Source: Spirochaetia bacterium (GTDB taxonomy: Bacteria > Spirochaetota > Spirochaetia > PWKH01). Taken from it: a stretch of 48,080 bases of DNA. The notes beneath the pieces were generated by a model. The model had not been told where the DNA came from. It did not search any database and saw only the letters and a program-made list of their open reading frames with translations. The stretch spans positions 1 through 48,080 of the forward strand of contig SKJE01000011.1 in assembly GCA_007116075.1 (NCBI GenBank). Direction: 5' to 3'. Positions within the stretch are counted from its first letter, which is position 1, and each line of letters opens with the position of its first letter. Shown in pieces: positions 25,758 through 35,567 of the stretch. The translations under genes were made by a program, and so were the position numbers.

Positions 25758-26782
25758 TGCCTGATGAGCGGAGCCAGTTCCTTGCGGGAACATCGGGTGT
25801 TCTTCTGTAAGTAACAGCCCTGGCCGGGACCGCCTAGCTTTTCAAGGCCGAATCCGCCCCTGCAGTTCAGGAATTCAACTAATCCTTGCTCATGGGGACC
25901 CAGAAGCACCAGTTCACGGTGGAAGCCCCGGTGCTCATACCTGCACATGACGGCCAGGAGATCAGCAGATGTCCTGCTTCGATACTTCTCCATCAGTGCA
26001 GGAAGATCCGGCTCTTCCCTGAGCCAGCTGCGGAGGGATATACCAACTGAACAGATTGTCCAGCGAAAGGTCCCCAAAGTATAGGATTTTTGGTCCCGCT
26101 CCAGCCGCTGCTCTGTTGATAGAAAGCTGTAGTCATATAATTCTGTGCTGAGCTGTTCGTAAAGTGCGGAAACATCGCTCCCGCTTATCTTAGCAAGCAA
26201 GGACGCCTGCCTTATATCCTCTTCGGTCGTTCTTCCCCCGCTTCCTCCAAGACCTGCCGTATCAAGCAGAATTGGACCCAGCAGCAGTAAGGACGCAGTC
26301 CGGTCAAGCAGTTCCGGACTAGTACTGCTTATAATCCTTGATAGAAGAGTTGCTGTGGAACCGACAGGCTCGATGGTCCGTCGGGAATCCGGATGAAATC
26401 CCTCATCCCGGTGATGATCGATGATTTCGGTAACCTGACAGTTGCCTTGCCCGACAGCGGGAATACCGTTATGGTCCACCAGGGTGCAGGTACTCTTTTG
26501 ATGGTCGAGCAGGGGTTCCAGGGCGGGGGAGTCGGAGAAAAGCAGTCCAGAGGGATCAATGCCGCAGCGGTCCAGATGGCCGATGACCTCCCTCCTCAGC
26601 TGGAGTTCCGATCTTGGTACAGGGATGACCGGGAGGACCCTGCCGTGGCCGTTTGCAGATACAGCCCAGGACCATACCGCAGCACACACAACCGAGTCCA
26701 GATCCGCTGAATCATTGCAGATCACCAGGTGAGCGGGAGGACGGTGAGTAAGTGAAGCAAGATAGCTCTGCAGGTTCAGCAA
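25724..26782 (-). CDS. DHH/DHHA2 phosphoesterase of PPX1/prune type (putative exopolyphosphatase)
   Basis: NDSADLDS, LVDHN, IIDHH, VGSTATL, LLDT, D.K and C-terminal SRK motifs; TTG start after GGAGGT. Confidence 0.78.
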   Translation of the reverse strand: MLNLQSYLASLTHRPPAHLVICNDSADLDSVVCAAVWSWAVSANGHGRVLPVIPVPRSELQLRREVIGHLDRCGIDPSGLLFSDSPALEPLLDHQKSTCTLVDHNGIPAVGQGNCQVTEIIDHHRDEGFHPDSRRTIEPVGSTATLLSRIISSTSPELLDRTASLLLLGPILLDTAGLGGSGGRTTEEDIRQASLLAKISGSDVSALYEQLSTELYDYSFLSTEQRLERDQKSYTLGTFRWTICSVGISLRSWLREEPDLPALMEKYRSRTSADLLAVMCRYEHRGFHRELVLLGPHEQGLVEFLNCRGGFGLEKLGGPGQGCYLQKNTRCSRKELAPLIRHYVSALSDSSC

Positions 26783-26854
26783 CTGGAAACACCTCCTTTA
26801 TGTATAAAATGGTCGTTCCATGATATCATGAAGGAACATGTTGGGTAAACGGAG

Positions 26855-27514
26855 ATGAAGAGGATGGAACTGTTCAAGAATCGAAGCAGGGAGCTGCTGA
26901 ATCACATTAACGGATACCTGGGCTATGTCGCAGAATCTGCCCTCCATATGGAGGAGGCAATGGTGGATTACCTGCAGGGGCACATGGAGGAGTTCGAGCG
27001 CCGCTGCGGGGTCGTAGCAGATACCGAGCGACGTGCTGATGAAGTACTGCGGGCGGTGAAGTATGAGCTCTATGCCTTTATGCTGATCCCCGACACCAGG
27101 GCGGACGTGTACAGGCTCATGGATGATCTGGATGATGTTATCGATGAAGCAAAGGATCTGCTGGTGGAGCTTTCCATAGAACAGCCGGAAATTCCGCAGT
27201 GCATCATTGAGGATGTGCTGCGTCTTACCCAGGCTTCCTCAAAGGCAGCACAGGCCCTGGTAAAGGCGGTGAGGGCGTTCTTCAGCCAGATGAAATCCGT
27301 AGAGGGAGAGGTTGATAAGGTGATTTTCTATGAAAAGGAGGCTGACCGCCTGGAGGTATCGATCAAGCGGTGTGTCTTTTCATCACAAGAGATTCCTGAT
27401 CTCAGCAGGAAGATGCAACTGCGGTTCTTTACAGAACGTATTGCCCTGCTCTCTGATATTTCTGAGGATATTGCTAAGAACCTGCTGATCTATACGGTCA
27501 AGCGGAAGATATAG
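26855..27514 (+). CDS. DUF47/PhoU-like phosphate transport regulator (start may be 26864)
   Basis: Helical repeats ERRAD and EKEAD, LDDVID; directly upstream of a PiT transporter. Confidence 0.85.
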   Translation: MKRMELFKNRSRELLNHINGYLGYVAESALHMEEAMVDYLQGHMEEFERRCGVVADTERRADEVLRAVKYELYAFMLIPDTRADVYRLMDDLDDVIDEAKDLLVELSIEQPEIPQCIIEDVLRLTQASSKAAQALVKAVRAFFSQMKSVEGEVDKVIFYEKEADRLEVSIKRCVFSSQEIPDLSRKMQLRFFTERIALLSDISEDIAKNLLIYTVKRKI

Positions 27515-27538
27515 TTCCGAAAAAGGGGTACGTTCATT

Positions 27539-28588
27539 ATGGGGTTGGAGGCTCTGATCTTCTTATCAAGCGGCCTGTTTATGGGATGGTCTCTTGGGGC
27601 AAACGATGCGGCGAATATTTTCGGAACCGCCGTGGGTACCAGGATGGTCCGATTCAGGACCGCCGCATGTGTAATCAGTATATTTGTGCTTCTTGGTGCG
27701 GTTTTCGGCGGAATAGGCACTACTGAGGGACTGGGAGCTCTCGGTACAGTCAATGCCCTGCCGGGATCCTTTGTGGTCTCCTTTGCCGCAGGGTTTACGG
27801 TCATGTGGATGACCCGGTTCGGTCTGCCTGTATCAACCACCCAGGCGATAGTGGGATCAATAGTCGGCTGGAATCTCTATTCCGGAAACCCGACTGACAT
27901 GAGCGTGCTCAGCAGGATTGCCTTGACCTGGGTGGCGGGTCCGCTGCTGGCTGCGCTTTGTGCTGTTCCTCTTTATCTTATCATCCGACGAGTAATTGAG
28001 CATACGTCAATACACCTCATCTGGATTGACCGGTATACCAGAATTGCCTTAGTTGTAGCCGGAGCCTTTGGTGCGTACAGTCTCGGCAAGAACAATATTG
28101 CCAATGTCATGGGTGTCTTTGTCTCATCCTTCCCGGTGGAAGGAACCTACCTGTTCGGTATATGGATTCCCGGGTTCCAGCTGCTGTTTCTCCTAGGTGG
28201 TATTGCCATCGCCGCCGGGGTGTTTACTTTTTCCAAGCGGGTGATGATGACGGTAGGCAAAGAGCTCTTTGAACTCTCGCCGATTACCGCCTTTATCGTG
28301 ATTCTCTCTACCGCCCTGGTGCTATTTCTTTTTGCCTCCCAGGGACTCCATGACTGGCTGGTCCAGCGGGGACTGCCTGCCCTGCCCCTGGTGCCGGTAT
28401 CACAGTCCCAAGGGTGCGTCGGTGCGGTACTGGGAATAAGTCTGGCAAAGGGCGGAAGGAATATCAATATACGACTGCTCCGGAATATAGTTGTGGGATG
28501 GGCGGCCACCCCCGCTGCTGCGGCTGTCTTGTCCTTTATCCTGCTGTTCTTCATGGAACATATATTCCTCCAGCAGGTGTATTACTAG
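27539..28588 (+). CDS. Inorganic phosphate transporter, PiT/PHO4 family
   Basis: GANDAAN, GLPVSTTQ, GKNNIAN, PVSQSQ signature repeats. Confidence 0.9.
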   Translation: MGLEALIFLSSGLFMGWSLGANDAANIFGTAVGTRMVRFRTAACVISIFVLLGAVFGGIGTTEGLGALGTVNALPGSFVVSFAAGFTVMWMTRFGLPVSTTQAIVGSIVGWNLYSGNPTDMSVLSRIALTWVAGPLLAALCAVPLYLIIRRVIEHTSIHLIWIDRYTRIALVVAGAFGAYSLGKNNIANVMGVFVSSFPVEGTYLFGIWIPGFQLLFLLGGIAIAAGVFTFSKRVMMTVGKELFELSPITAFIVILSTALVLFLFASQGLHDWLVQRGLPALPLVPVSQSQGCVGAVLGISLAKGGRNINIRLLRNIVVGWAATPAAAAVLSFILLFFMEHIFLQQVYY

Positions 28589-28658
28589 AAAAACCTTTCC
28601 TGAACAGCATCGGCCGGGCTGGAATTCCCCAGGCGTTTTGTATATCTTTTCAACCACC

Positions 28659-30116
28659 ATGAAAGGGATATTTCTGTTTTTGATGATGCTGCTTGCCGGC
28701 ATGTCAGTACCCACTGCCAACGATCTCTCATTTCTTGCTGAGGTTGATGCCTCGGTCCTGCTGGAGGCTGCCAGTCCCGGGGGCACTCCGCTGCTGCTGG
28801 AACTCTCACTCAAGGATTCCAATGGATATGTTCAGCGGGCTGAGTTTGATTTCGGCTCCAACGGCGTTATTGACCTCTCTGTTAATCCCCATGATCTCGA
28901 GGAGGATCAGCCGCTCTATCGGGGGATCCCCTTCCGCTCATTCGGGAGGCTTCACACTATGGATATATATCTTCATACTGAGGCAGGAATACTTCGTCGG
29001 AGCATTGAGACGGCCTTTGCTGACTACCAGTGGGGAAGGGATAATCTTTCCTTTGCCAATGATAACCGGTTCAGGGATACCGCCGGGGCGGTGTCGACGT
29101 ATCTGCTTGACTGGGCGGAGAGCCGATTCGGAACCCTATCCGATGAAGAGACCTACCTTCTGGTGAGCCTCATGTATCGTCTGTTCAGGGGAAATATCGG
29201 CAGGTGCTACGGGTTTTCTTCCCTGGGACTGTACTATCAGGACTATCCCGGGAGTATCTCCGGTAATTACGCCTCTGCCTATGAATTGGATGAGCGGGAT
29301 CCGGAAGTGCTCTCCTTGATCCATATACTTCAGAATGACATCGTCTACCATATTTTCTCCACCCGGGAAGTTTCTCCTGAACTGGATCATGAGCCGGAGG
29401 ATCTCTCTTTTCAGCGCGAAGAGATTATAGCCTCCTTGCAAGAGGGGAGACCGGTTGTTCTGGGATACCTCAGCAGTAGGACCCACCACTCAATGGTAGT
29501 CTACGGGTATATCAACTTGGTTGACCAGGACCGGATCCTGCTGACGGCGGGAAACAACTGGAATCGCAATCAGCAGGACAATATGAGCAGTGATGATGCG
29601 GTACTGCTTCCGCTGTATAGACAGGATGGTTCCTACCGTCTTGACTGGCTCAGCTACACCTACCGGCCGGAGGACCGAGTATTTGTCCTTCATCCGACCC
29701 GCCAGTATCATCCCAGCAGGGAGACCCTGGCTGCCCTGCTTGAGCAGGAGCGTGTTCAGATTATTGAAGACAATAAGCACAGAATCATCGTGGAGCACTT
29801 CGAGTGGGCCTATCTGGAGGATGATAAGGGATCTAAACGCGGATATGACGGCACCCGGGGCTGGTGGGGTTTCCCGGGTGTTGAGTACCGGCGGTTTGAC
29901 GACATTTTTATCTTTAATGTACCTGCTGACTTGGAAGCATGGCTGGCTATCGGGCCTGCGAACTGGAATGACCGGCTTGAGAGGCCGAAGAATGCCCATG
30001 TCTCAGCAGCCCTTTTTGAAGAAGGAGTCCTGGATGTGTTTGTCCTCAGGGATATTCTTCACGGGGAGGAGGAAAAAAAGATTCTCCCGCTGAACTCACC
30101 CCTTGGTTTCAAGTGA
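28659..30116 (+). CDS. Secreted protein with a papain-like (Cys-His-Asn) peptidase-type domain
   Basis: Signal peptide MKGIFLFLMMLLAG; GRCYGFS, GRPVVLG...HHSMVVYGY, GNNW. Confidence 0.6.
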   Translation: MKGIFLFLMMLLAGMSVPTANDLSFLAEVDASVLLEAASPGGTPLLLELSLKDSNGYVQRAEFDFGSNGVIDLSVNPHDLEEDQPLYRGIPFRSFGRLHTMDIYLHTEAGILRRSIETAFADYQWGRDNLSFANDNRFRDTAGAVSTYLLDWAESRFGTLSDEETYLLVSLMYRLFRGNIGRCYGFSSLGLYYQDYPGSISGNYASAYELDERDPEVLSLIHILQNDIVYHIFSTREVSPELDHEPEDLSFQREEIIASLQEGRPVVLGYLSSRTHHSMVVYGYINLVDQDRILLTAGNNWNRNQQDNMSSDDAVLLPLYRQDGSYRLDWLSYTYRPEDRVFVLHPTRQYHPSRETLAALLEQERVQIIEDNKHRIIVEHFEWAYLEDDKGSKRGYDGTRGWWGFPGVEYRRFDDIFIFNVPADLEAWLAIGPANWNDRLERPKNAHVSAALFEEGVLDVFVLRDILHGEEEKKILPLNSPLGFK

Positions 30117-31050
30117 GCTCTTCAAGCTCCTCGCAGGGAGAGAAGGACGATGAGCAGATCCGGTATTTCTTAACAAACCCGGTCGGTCGATAGCTCATCT
30201 TTGCCTGCCTGAGGCCCTGATCTCCCAGATCCTGCTCCCGGTTGATGTACAGGATTGACTCATCCATCATGGAGGCAAAGGATTGGTTTATAAACTGGTA
30301 GATGCCCCGGTATGAGCCGATTGCTTTTTCGAAATGGAGGGCAAACATGCTGCCTTGGTTAAACACTTCTCCCATGGAGAAGGCACTCGGTTTTCCGTCA
30401 ACATAGGTGATGCACCCTCTCAGGTTGAGTTCTTCAATAAGGTCTATGGCCTCCTTCGCGGATGCATAATCTGCCGGATCTTCCCGCTCGGATTTCCATA
30501 CCTCAAGAATGGTATAGAGGTCACACCGGTTGCTGCCGGTTATACGTTTCTCCTCGTAGCTATAGTTGTTTACGAAGCCGTTGACCAGATTCCGTTTCTT
30601 GTGGAATTTCTTACCCGACAGCTCAGCCAGGTCTTTCCTGGTATATATGTAGTCGAAATTATCTCTATCCTGCAGTACGCAGTAACCCCTTCGCTCAATT
30701 TCAATACGATGAGTTTCAGCTTCATGTTCACTCAGGTTCTTAATGCCGCAGAACTGTTCAAGCAGTTCATCCACCAGCCTGATGCCCGGAAAACCCTGGG
30801 GAAGCATGACGAAGGTTTCTTCTTCTCCCTCGCTGTTGCGCTGGGTTCCGGATACCATGAGCTGTCCCTTACGTTCTTCACAGAAGGAGGGGGTAAGGGA
30901 AATGCGGTATGTGTAGTTGTTTCTGAAGAGGAAAAGCCCCGCAAAGGTATACTCCGAGATGCCGTCAGACAGCGTCTTCAGCAGTGATTTAATGTCTCTT
31001 TGGTGGTTCAGTTCCAGCTTCGTCCATTCGGGATAAATAGGTAGGTTCAT
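30109..31050 (-). CDS. DUF2156 / aminoacyl-phosphatidylglycerol synthase-like GNAT domain protein
   Basis: DRDNFDYIY, LSGKKFHKKRN, HFEKA, GIYQFIN, INREQDLGDQGLRQAKMSYRP. Confidence 0.85.
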   Translation of the reverse strand: MNLPIYPEWTKLELNHQRDIKSLLKTLSDGISEYTFAGLFLFRNNYTYRISLTPSFCEERKGQLMVSGTQRNSEGEEETFVMLPQGFPGIRLVDELLEQFCGIKNLSEHEAETHRIEIERRGYCVLQDRDNFDYIYTRKDLAELSGKKFHKKRNLVNGFVNNYSYEEKRITGSNRCDLYTILEVWKSEREDPADYASAKEAIDLIEELNLRGCITYVDGKPSAFSMGEVFNQGSMFALHFEKAIGSYRGIYQFINQSFASMMDESILYINREQDLGDQGLRQAKMSYRPTGFVKKYRICSSSFSPCEELEELT

Positions 31051-31113
31051 AGGAAATAACATAACCAAGAAAAGGACTCGTTGCAAGATGTTTTTTCTGA
31101 TACAATTGGTTCT

Positions 31114-31632
31114 ATGAAACGGTTGGTTCGAATGTTACTGCTCGTATCCTTTGCGGCTGTGGTACTTGTTGCCATGGCCGGAGGTCCTGAATGGCTGATA
31201 GTGCTCGGTTTCCTGGCGATGTTCGCCCTGGTGGGAGTGAACTATATGATGGTCTACGGAATCAGTGTGAAACAGCTTGATGAGCTTCTCGAGGGAGAGC
31301 AGGTCAAGTTCAGTGCCTTTGCCACCAGGCTGCGTTCTCTGGCTGATGCAGGACTGCCGAAGAACCGGGCAGACAGTGAACGGGGCCGTCTGGTGGTGAC
31401 TGACCAAGCCCTGCGGTTCTTTGTGAAGCAGGAGCATCCAAAGGGGTTTCTGATCAAGGAGACCTTCAAGCTGAAGCTTCAGGATATCGAAGCGGTAGGA
31501 CTGGGCCAGGTGCTCACCAGCAGCAGCGGATTGATCGTTTCGGGCACAAAAAAACGTGAAGGGCACTTTGCCGTATTCGGCATGGATAAAAAGTTTCCTG
31601 ATTTTAAGCACGCCCTTGGCTGGGATACCTGA
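31114..31632 (+). CDS. Hypothetical membrane protein (two TM helices plus possible PH-like domain)
   Basis: Hydrophobic N-terminal hairpin; GRLVVTDQALRF is typical of PH/GRAM-like folds. Confidence 0.6.
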   Translation: MKRLVRMLLLVSFAAVVLVAMAGGPEWLIVLGFLAMFALVGVNYMMVYGISVKQLDELLEGEQVKFSAFATRLRSLADAGLPKNRADSERGRLVVTDQALRFFVKQEHPKGFLIKETFKLKLQDIEAVGLGQVLTSSSGLIVSGTKKREGHFAVFGMDKKFPDFKHALGWDT

Positions 31633-31645
31633 CAGGTGATAAAGC

Positions 31646-32557
31646 ATGAGCTCATGCCCATTCCCCGCAGCGGCAGTAATCCAGTGGTCCCTCTCTTCCC
31701 GGGACATCACAGACAGGGATTCGTTCCGTCGAGCTGTTATTGAACGTATTGAAACAGCCTGCAGCTCTCCGGGAGTCGTGCTCGTTGTCTTTCCCGAACT
31801 GACCGGTCTCTGGCTCCAGATGACCCGGCTGCTCGGAATTTTTCCCACCGGCAGGGCAGCCCAGCTGCTGCATACCCTCACTCTGACCCCTGTACTTCTG
31901 GGAGGATTCCTGCGCAAAAACGGTGCGGCTGTACTTGCAGATCAGCAGGGCCCTGAGTCATGGCTTGAGCCATTCCAGGAAGCTGCACGACGGCGGGGTA
32001 TATATATCTGTCCCGGCAGCAGCTTCATTCGGGACAATGCAGATCGAAGGATATACAATACCTCCTGCCTGATCAGTCCCGAGGGTGCTGTACTGGGATT
32101 ACGGCGGAAGATTCACCTCACCCCCATAGAAGGGCATCTCGGCGTTTCTTCAGGAAGCACACACCAGGATCTTGATCCCTTTCATACACCCTTTGCATCA
32201 GTTGGGATAGCGATCTGCCTGGATGGTTTCTTCGAAGATGTAGTGGGTCGGCTCGACCAGGCGGGTACGGAGCTGATCCTCCAGCCCTCGGCAAACAGTG
32301 TGGACTGGAACCGCTCCCTCAAGCGGAAGGGGTACCGGGTACTTCAGCGGGATGAATGGCTTTCATCCGGTATAGGTTCACTTATCCAGGGGCGCAGTTC
32401 TATTATGACGGCATTGAATCCAATGGATGTCACAACCCATCCCCTGCTGCATAACAGTGGATGTTCTACTGCATGGAAGAGGGGTGAGCGAACCCCCATA
32501 GCGATAGCTCCCGATCCGAGAAGGGAGCACCAGCTGATTGTTCATATAGGGAGGTAA
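31646..32557 (+). CDS. Carbon-nitrogen hydrolase (nitrilase superfamily)
   Basis: Triad motifs VFPE, RKIHL, AICLD. Confidence 0.85.
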   Translation: MSSCPFPAAAVIQWSLSSRDITDRDSFRRAVIERIETACSSPGVVLVVFPELTGLWLQMTRLLGIFPTGRAAQLLHTLTLTPVLLGGFLRKNGAAVLADQQGPESWLEPFQEAARRRGIYICPGSSFIRDNADRRIYNTSCLISPEGAVLGLRRKIHLTPIEGHLGVSSGSTHQDLDPFHTPFASVGIAICLDGFFEDVVGRLDQAGTELILQPSANSVDWNRSLKRKGYRVLQRDEWLSSGIGSLIQGRSSIMTALNPMDVTTHPLLHNSGCSTAWKRGERTPIAIAPDPRREHQLIVHIGR

Positions 32558-32563
32558 CCTGGT

Positions 32564-33901
32564 ATGGAAGGAATTCCACGGGGTAGACGGTTTCTCTACA
32601 ATATGTCCGCTGCAGGATGGACAATCCTGGATTCGCTGCTGCTGACCTACTATGTCATATTCCTTTTGCCGCCGGCAGAGCGGGTAACAGCAGGCATGAT
32701 ACAGTTTGTACCGGACACCTCCTTCGTGTTCGGGCTTACTGCACTGGGGGGGATCATGCTTTTCGGCCGGGTGATTGATGCGGTTGCTGATCCTCTGGTG
32801 GCTTCGTGGTCTGACCGGTGCAGGTCCCCCTTCGGCCGGAGACGGTTATTCCTTGCTCTCGGAGCTGTTCCCCTTGCGGTTTCGGTGGGAGCGGCATTCT
32901 TTCCCCCTGTCGCGGAAACATCCTGGATCAACACGGTCTACCTGGCGACTATCTTTGGACTCTATTTTTTCAGCTTTACCGTCTATGTAGGACCCTATCT
33001 TTCCTTGATACCGGAGCTTGGAAGGAACGAGCGTGAGCGTTTGGGTATGACCACTGCCCAGGGTTACTGGACCCTGGGGGGCAGTGCCCTGGTGATGATC
33101 CTCGGTCCCCTGCTGATATCAAACCTCATGGGCAGCAGAACGATGGTAGGGGCTTACCAGATGGGGATCCTTCTCATGGCTGTTCCGGGACTGCTGCTCT
33201 GTTTTGCAGCGGTTTTTGCAGTTGATGAGAAGCGCTACTGCAGATCACATCCGTCGACCATTGCCCTGAAGGAATCATTTATACGGACTGTATCAAACAG
33301 AAATTTCCTGATCTACCTCATCGGGTATATGGCGCTCTGGTTCTACTTTAATATTCTCCGTTCAACCAGTGTCTCTATGGCAATTATCCTGGCAGAGGGC
33401 GGTGAAGCATTTGCATCCCTGCTGTTTATTATTGTGATCGGCACAGCAGCCCTCTGTTTCCCCCTTGCTGCGTATCTGGCTCCCCGGGTAGGGAAGAAAC
33501 GGCTTATGCTGACAGCTCTGCTGGGGTTCGTGCTTTCCGGAGTGCTCTTTGCACTTACAGGCATCACGCCGATTCCTGCCAAAGGGTGGATGCTCTTTGC
33601 CGGTATTGTTTCAGCATTTTCAGTTGCCGTAGTGATCATTATCCCCAATGTGATGCTTTCGGAAATCAGCCAGCGGGATGCACACACCAGCGGGGAGCAC
33701 CGAGAGGCGATGTTCTTCGGGGTACAGGGTTTTTTTATGAAACTCAACCTGGGTCTCTCCGGAGCTGTTATCGCTGGGTTCTACACCGTCTTCGGTCGTG
33801 ATATCGCCCAACCCCTGGGAGTCAGACTTACCCCCCTGGTCGGTGCAGCAGTTGCCCTGGTGGGATTCTTTGTCATGCTGGCATATCGGGAGGAGTCATG
33901 A
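32564..33901 (+). CDS. MFS transporter, GPH/MelB-like
   Basis: DAVADPL..WSDR.RSPFGRRR, PYLSLIPEL, HREAMFFG. Confidence 0.88.
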   Translation: MEGIPRGRRFLYNMSAAGWTILDSLLLTYYVIFLLPPAERVTAGMIQFVPDTSFVFGLTALGGIMLFGRVIDAVADPLVASWSDRCRSPFGRRRLFLALGAVPLAVSVGAAFFPPVAETSWINTVYLATIFGLYFFSFTVYVGPYLSLIPELGRNERERLGMTTAQGYWTLGGSALVMILGPLLISNLMGSRTMVGAYQMGILLMAVPGLLLCFAAVFAVDEKRYCRSHPSTIALKESFIRTVSNRNFLIYLIGYMALWFYFNILRSTSVSMAIILAEGGEAFASLLFIIVIGTAALCFPLAAYLAPRVGKKRLMLTALLGFVLSGVLFALTGITPIPAKGWMLFAGIVSAFSVAVVIIIPNVMLSEISQRDAHTSGEHREAMFFGVQGFFMKLNLGLSGAVIAGFYTVFGRDIAQPLGVRLTPLVGAAVALVGFFVMLAYREES

Positions 33902-35025
33902 TTCGTATCGGGGTAATCGGGTGCGGCCAGCGGATGCGCAGTCTCGCCAGGGAACTTGTTGGTTTCGGGGACATCTCTCTTAAAATGGTCTATGATCCCC
34001 AGCCAGGCCAGGTTGAACGGTTCGTTCAGGAACTTGGGCAATCTATGCGTCCGAGACAAGCTGATTCCTGGAAGCAGCTCGTAGAAAACAAATCCTTAGA
34101 CTGGGTCCTCATCGGTTCCCCGAATGCTCACCATGCTAAGCAGGCAGCGGCTTCCTTGACTGCAGGAAAACAGGTGTTTCTTGAAAAACCACTGGCGGTG
34201 ACCATGGATGAATGCCTTGAGCTCATGCGAGTTCAAGAGGAAACCGGGAGTAAACTGGTGACAGGGTTCGTGCTTCGCTGGAGCCCCCTGTATCAGCGAA
34301 TGCATCGACTGCTCAGTGAGCTTGATTTCGGGCCGGTAGTATCCTTCCAGGCCTGCGAGCATATCAGCTATGAACACGGTGCATACATGATGCGGGGTTG
34401 GAGAAGAGACAGGAGTATTGCTGGAAGTTATGCACTGGAGAAGTGCGTTCATGATCTTGACCTGATCCAGTGGATGACCGGCTCTCCGGTCTGTGCTGTT
34501 ACCGCTTTGGGGGGCAGAAAGATATATATTGGAAAAAACCGGGAAGCACTGCCGATCCTGAAAGATATCCAGTGGGAAGAAAAGGGCAATCTCGACCTGC
34601 CCCATCCATGTTTCGATGAACCTGACCTTGTTGAGGACCATTTCTCGGCACTCATCCGCTGCAGCTCAGGGATTTCCGGTGTGCTCCAGGCTTCCGCGGG
34701 CAGTACTGTGCCTCTTCGCCGGTTATCACTGCATTGCCTGACCGGATGGATTGAGGCGGAACTCTACAGCGGGACCCTGCGCTACAGGACCTGCTCCATG
34801 GAACATGAAAAGCTGTTGTCATGGAGTTTTAATGACCTTCACGGGGGAGGGGATGCGCCCCTGGCTGCAGGGCTTCATCTGAGCATGTTATCACGAGAGA
34901 ATGAGCGGCAGCAGATGATAGAGGGGGTTCAGGCCACAATGGCCGGGATTGCACTGGGGGAATCTATGGATCGTAGAGAGTGGATAGATATTTCAGCACA
35001 ACTGGGTCTAATTGACTACAGATAA
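33898..35025 (+). CDS. Gfo/Idh/MocA-family oxidoreductase
   Basis: IGVIGCG, SPNAHH, LEKP, GFVLRW, KCVHDLD, HGGGD; ATGA-coupled to the MFS gene. Confidence 0.9.
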   Translation: MIRIGVIGCGQRMRSLARELVGFGDISLKMVYDPQPGQVERFVQELGQSMRPRQADSWKQLVENKSLDWVLIGSPNAHHAKQAAASLTAGKQVFLEKPLAVTMDECLELMRVQEETGSKLVTGFVLRWSPLYQRMHRLLSELDFGPVVSFQACEHISYEHGAYMMRGWRRDRSIAGSYALEKCVHDLDLIQWMTGSPVCAVTALGGRKIYIGKNREALPILKDIQWEEKGNLDLPHPCFDEPDLVEDHFSALIRCSSGISGVLQASAGSTVPLRRLSLHCLTGWIEAELYSGTLRYRTCSMEHEKLLSWSFNDLHGGGDAPLAAGLHLSMLSRENERQQMIEGVQATMAGIALGESMDRREWIDISAQLGLIDYR

Positions 35026-35505
35026 AGTTTACCACAGGGAGAAACTGTGCGTGATGCGGTTGTAATGTTTCATGAAGCGCCTAGGCTGAGTATAGAGCTG
35101 GTGTAATGAGAAGACTGAATGATAGACTTGACTGTCAGGACTGACGGCATCAGCTGGTATCAGGGCCAACAGTTCAGCCTTGAGAGCATGGCATCCAGAG
35201 TACCGATTCCAGCCTGCACACTTGGTCCAACAGCTGCTTTGCAACCTTTATGCCTCCCCATGTTTTTCTTTGGGTTATAATACCTCTCCGCCCGGACTTG
35301 TTATACACTGTTATCAAAAGGGATACGAACCAATCAATATGTTCCAATGAAAAGAGAGTATATACTACTTTTTGAGCTTATGTGCAGAAATATAATCGTT
35401 TTTACAAAAACATATGTACTTTTACAGACAATCTGCAATGAATAGTCGCCTTGCTAGTTATAAGAACTATAATTTCACGAGCATCCTCAATAGTAATATA
35501 ATTTG

Positions 35506-35534
35506 TTGACATAACTGGGAAATATAATTATATT
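35506..35534 (+). promoter_or_regulatory. Sigma70 promoter of the Fic gene
   Basis: TTGACA (35506-11), 17 bp, TATATT (35529-34). Confidence 0.65.
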
Positions 35535-35567
35535 TGCACTACAACACTACTTTTATGAGGTTTGTCT

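Noticed and set aside
28491-28658. N-terminal ORF extensions in the track (28491; likewise 15347, 37840, 44324, 44717)
   Set aside because: They overlap upstream genes or promoters; downstream starts have an RBS, ATGA coupling or a signal peptide.
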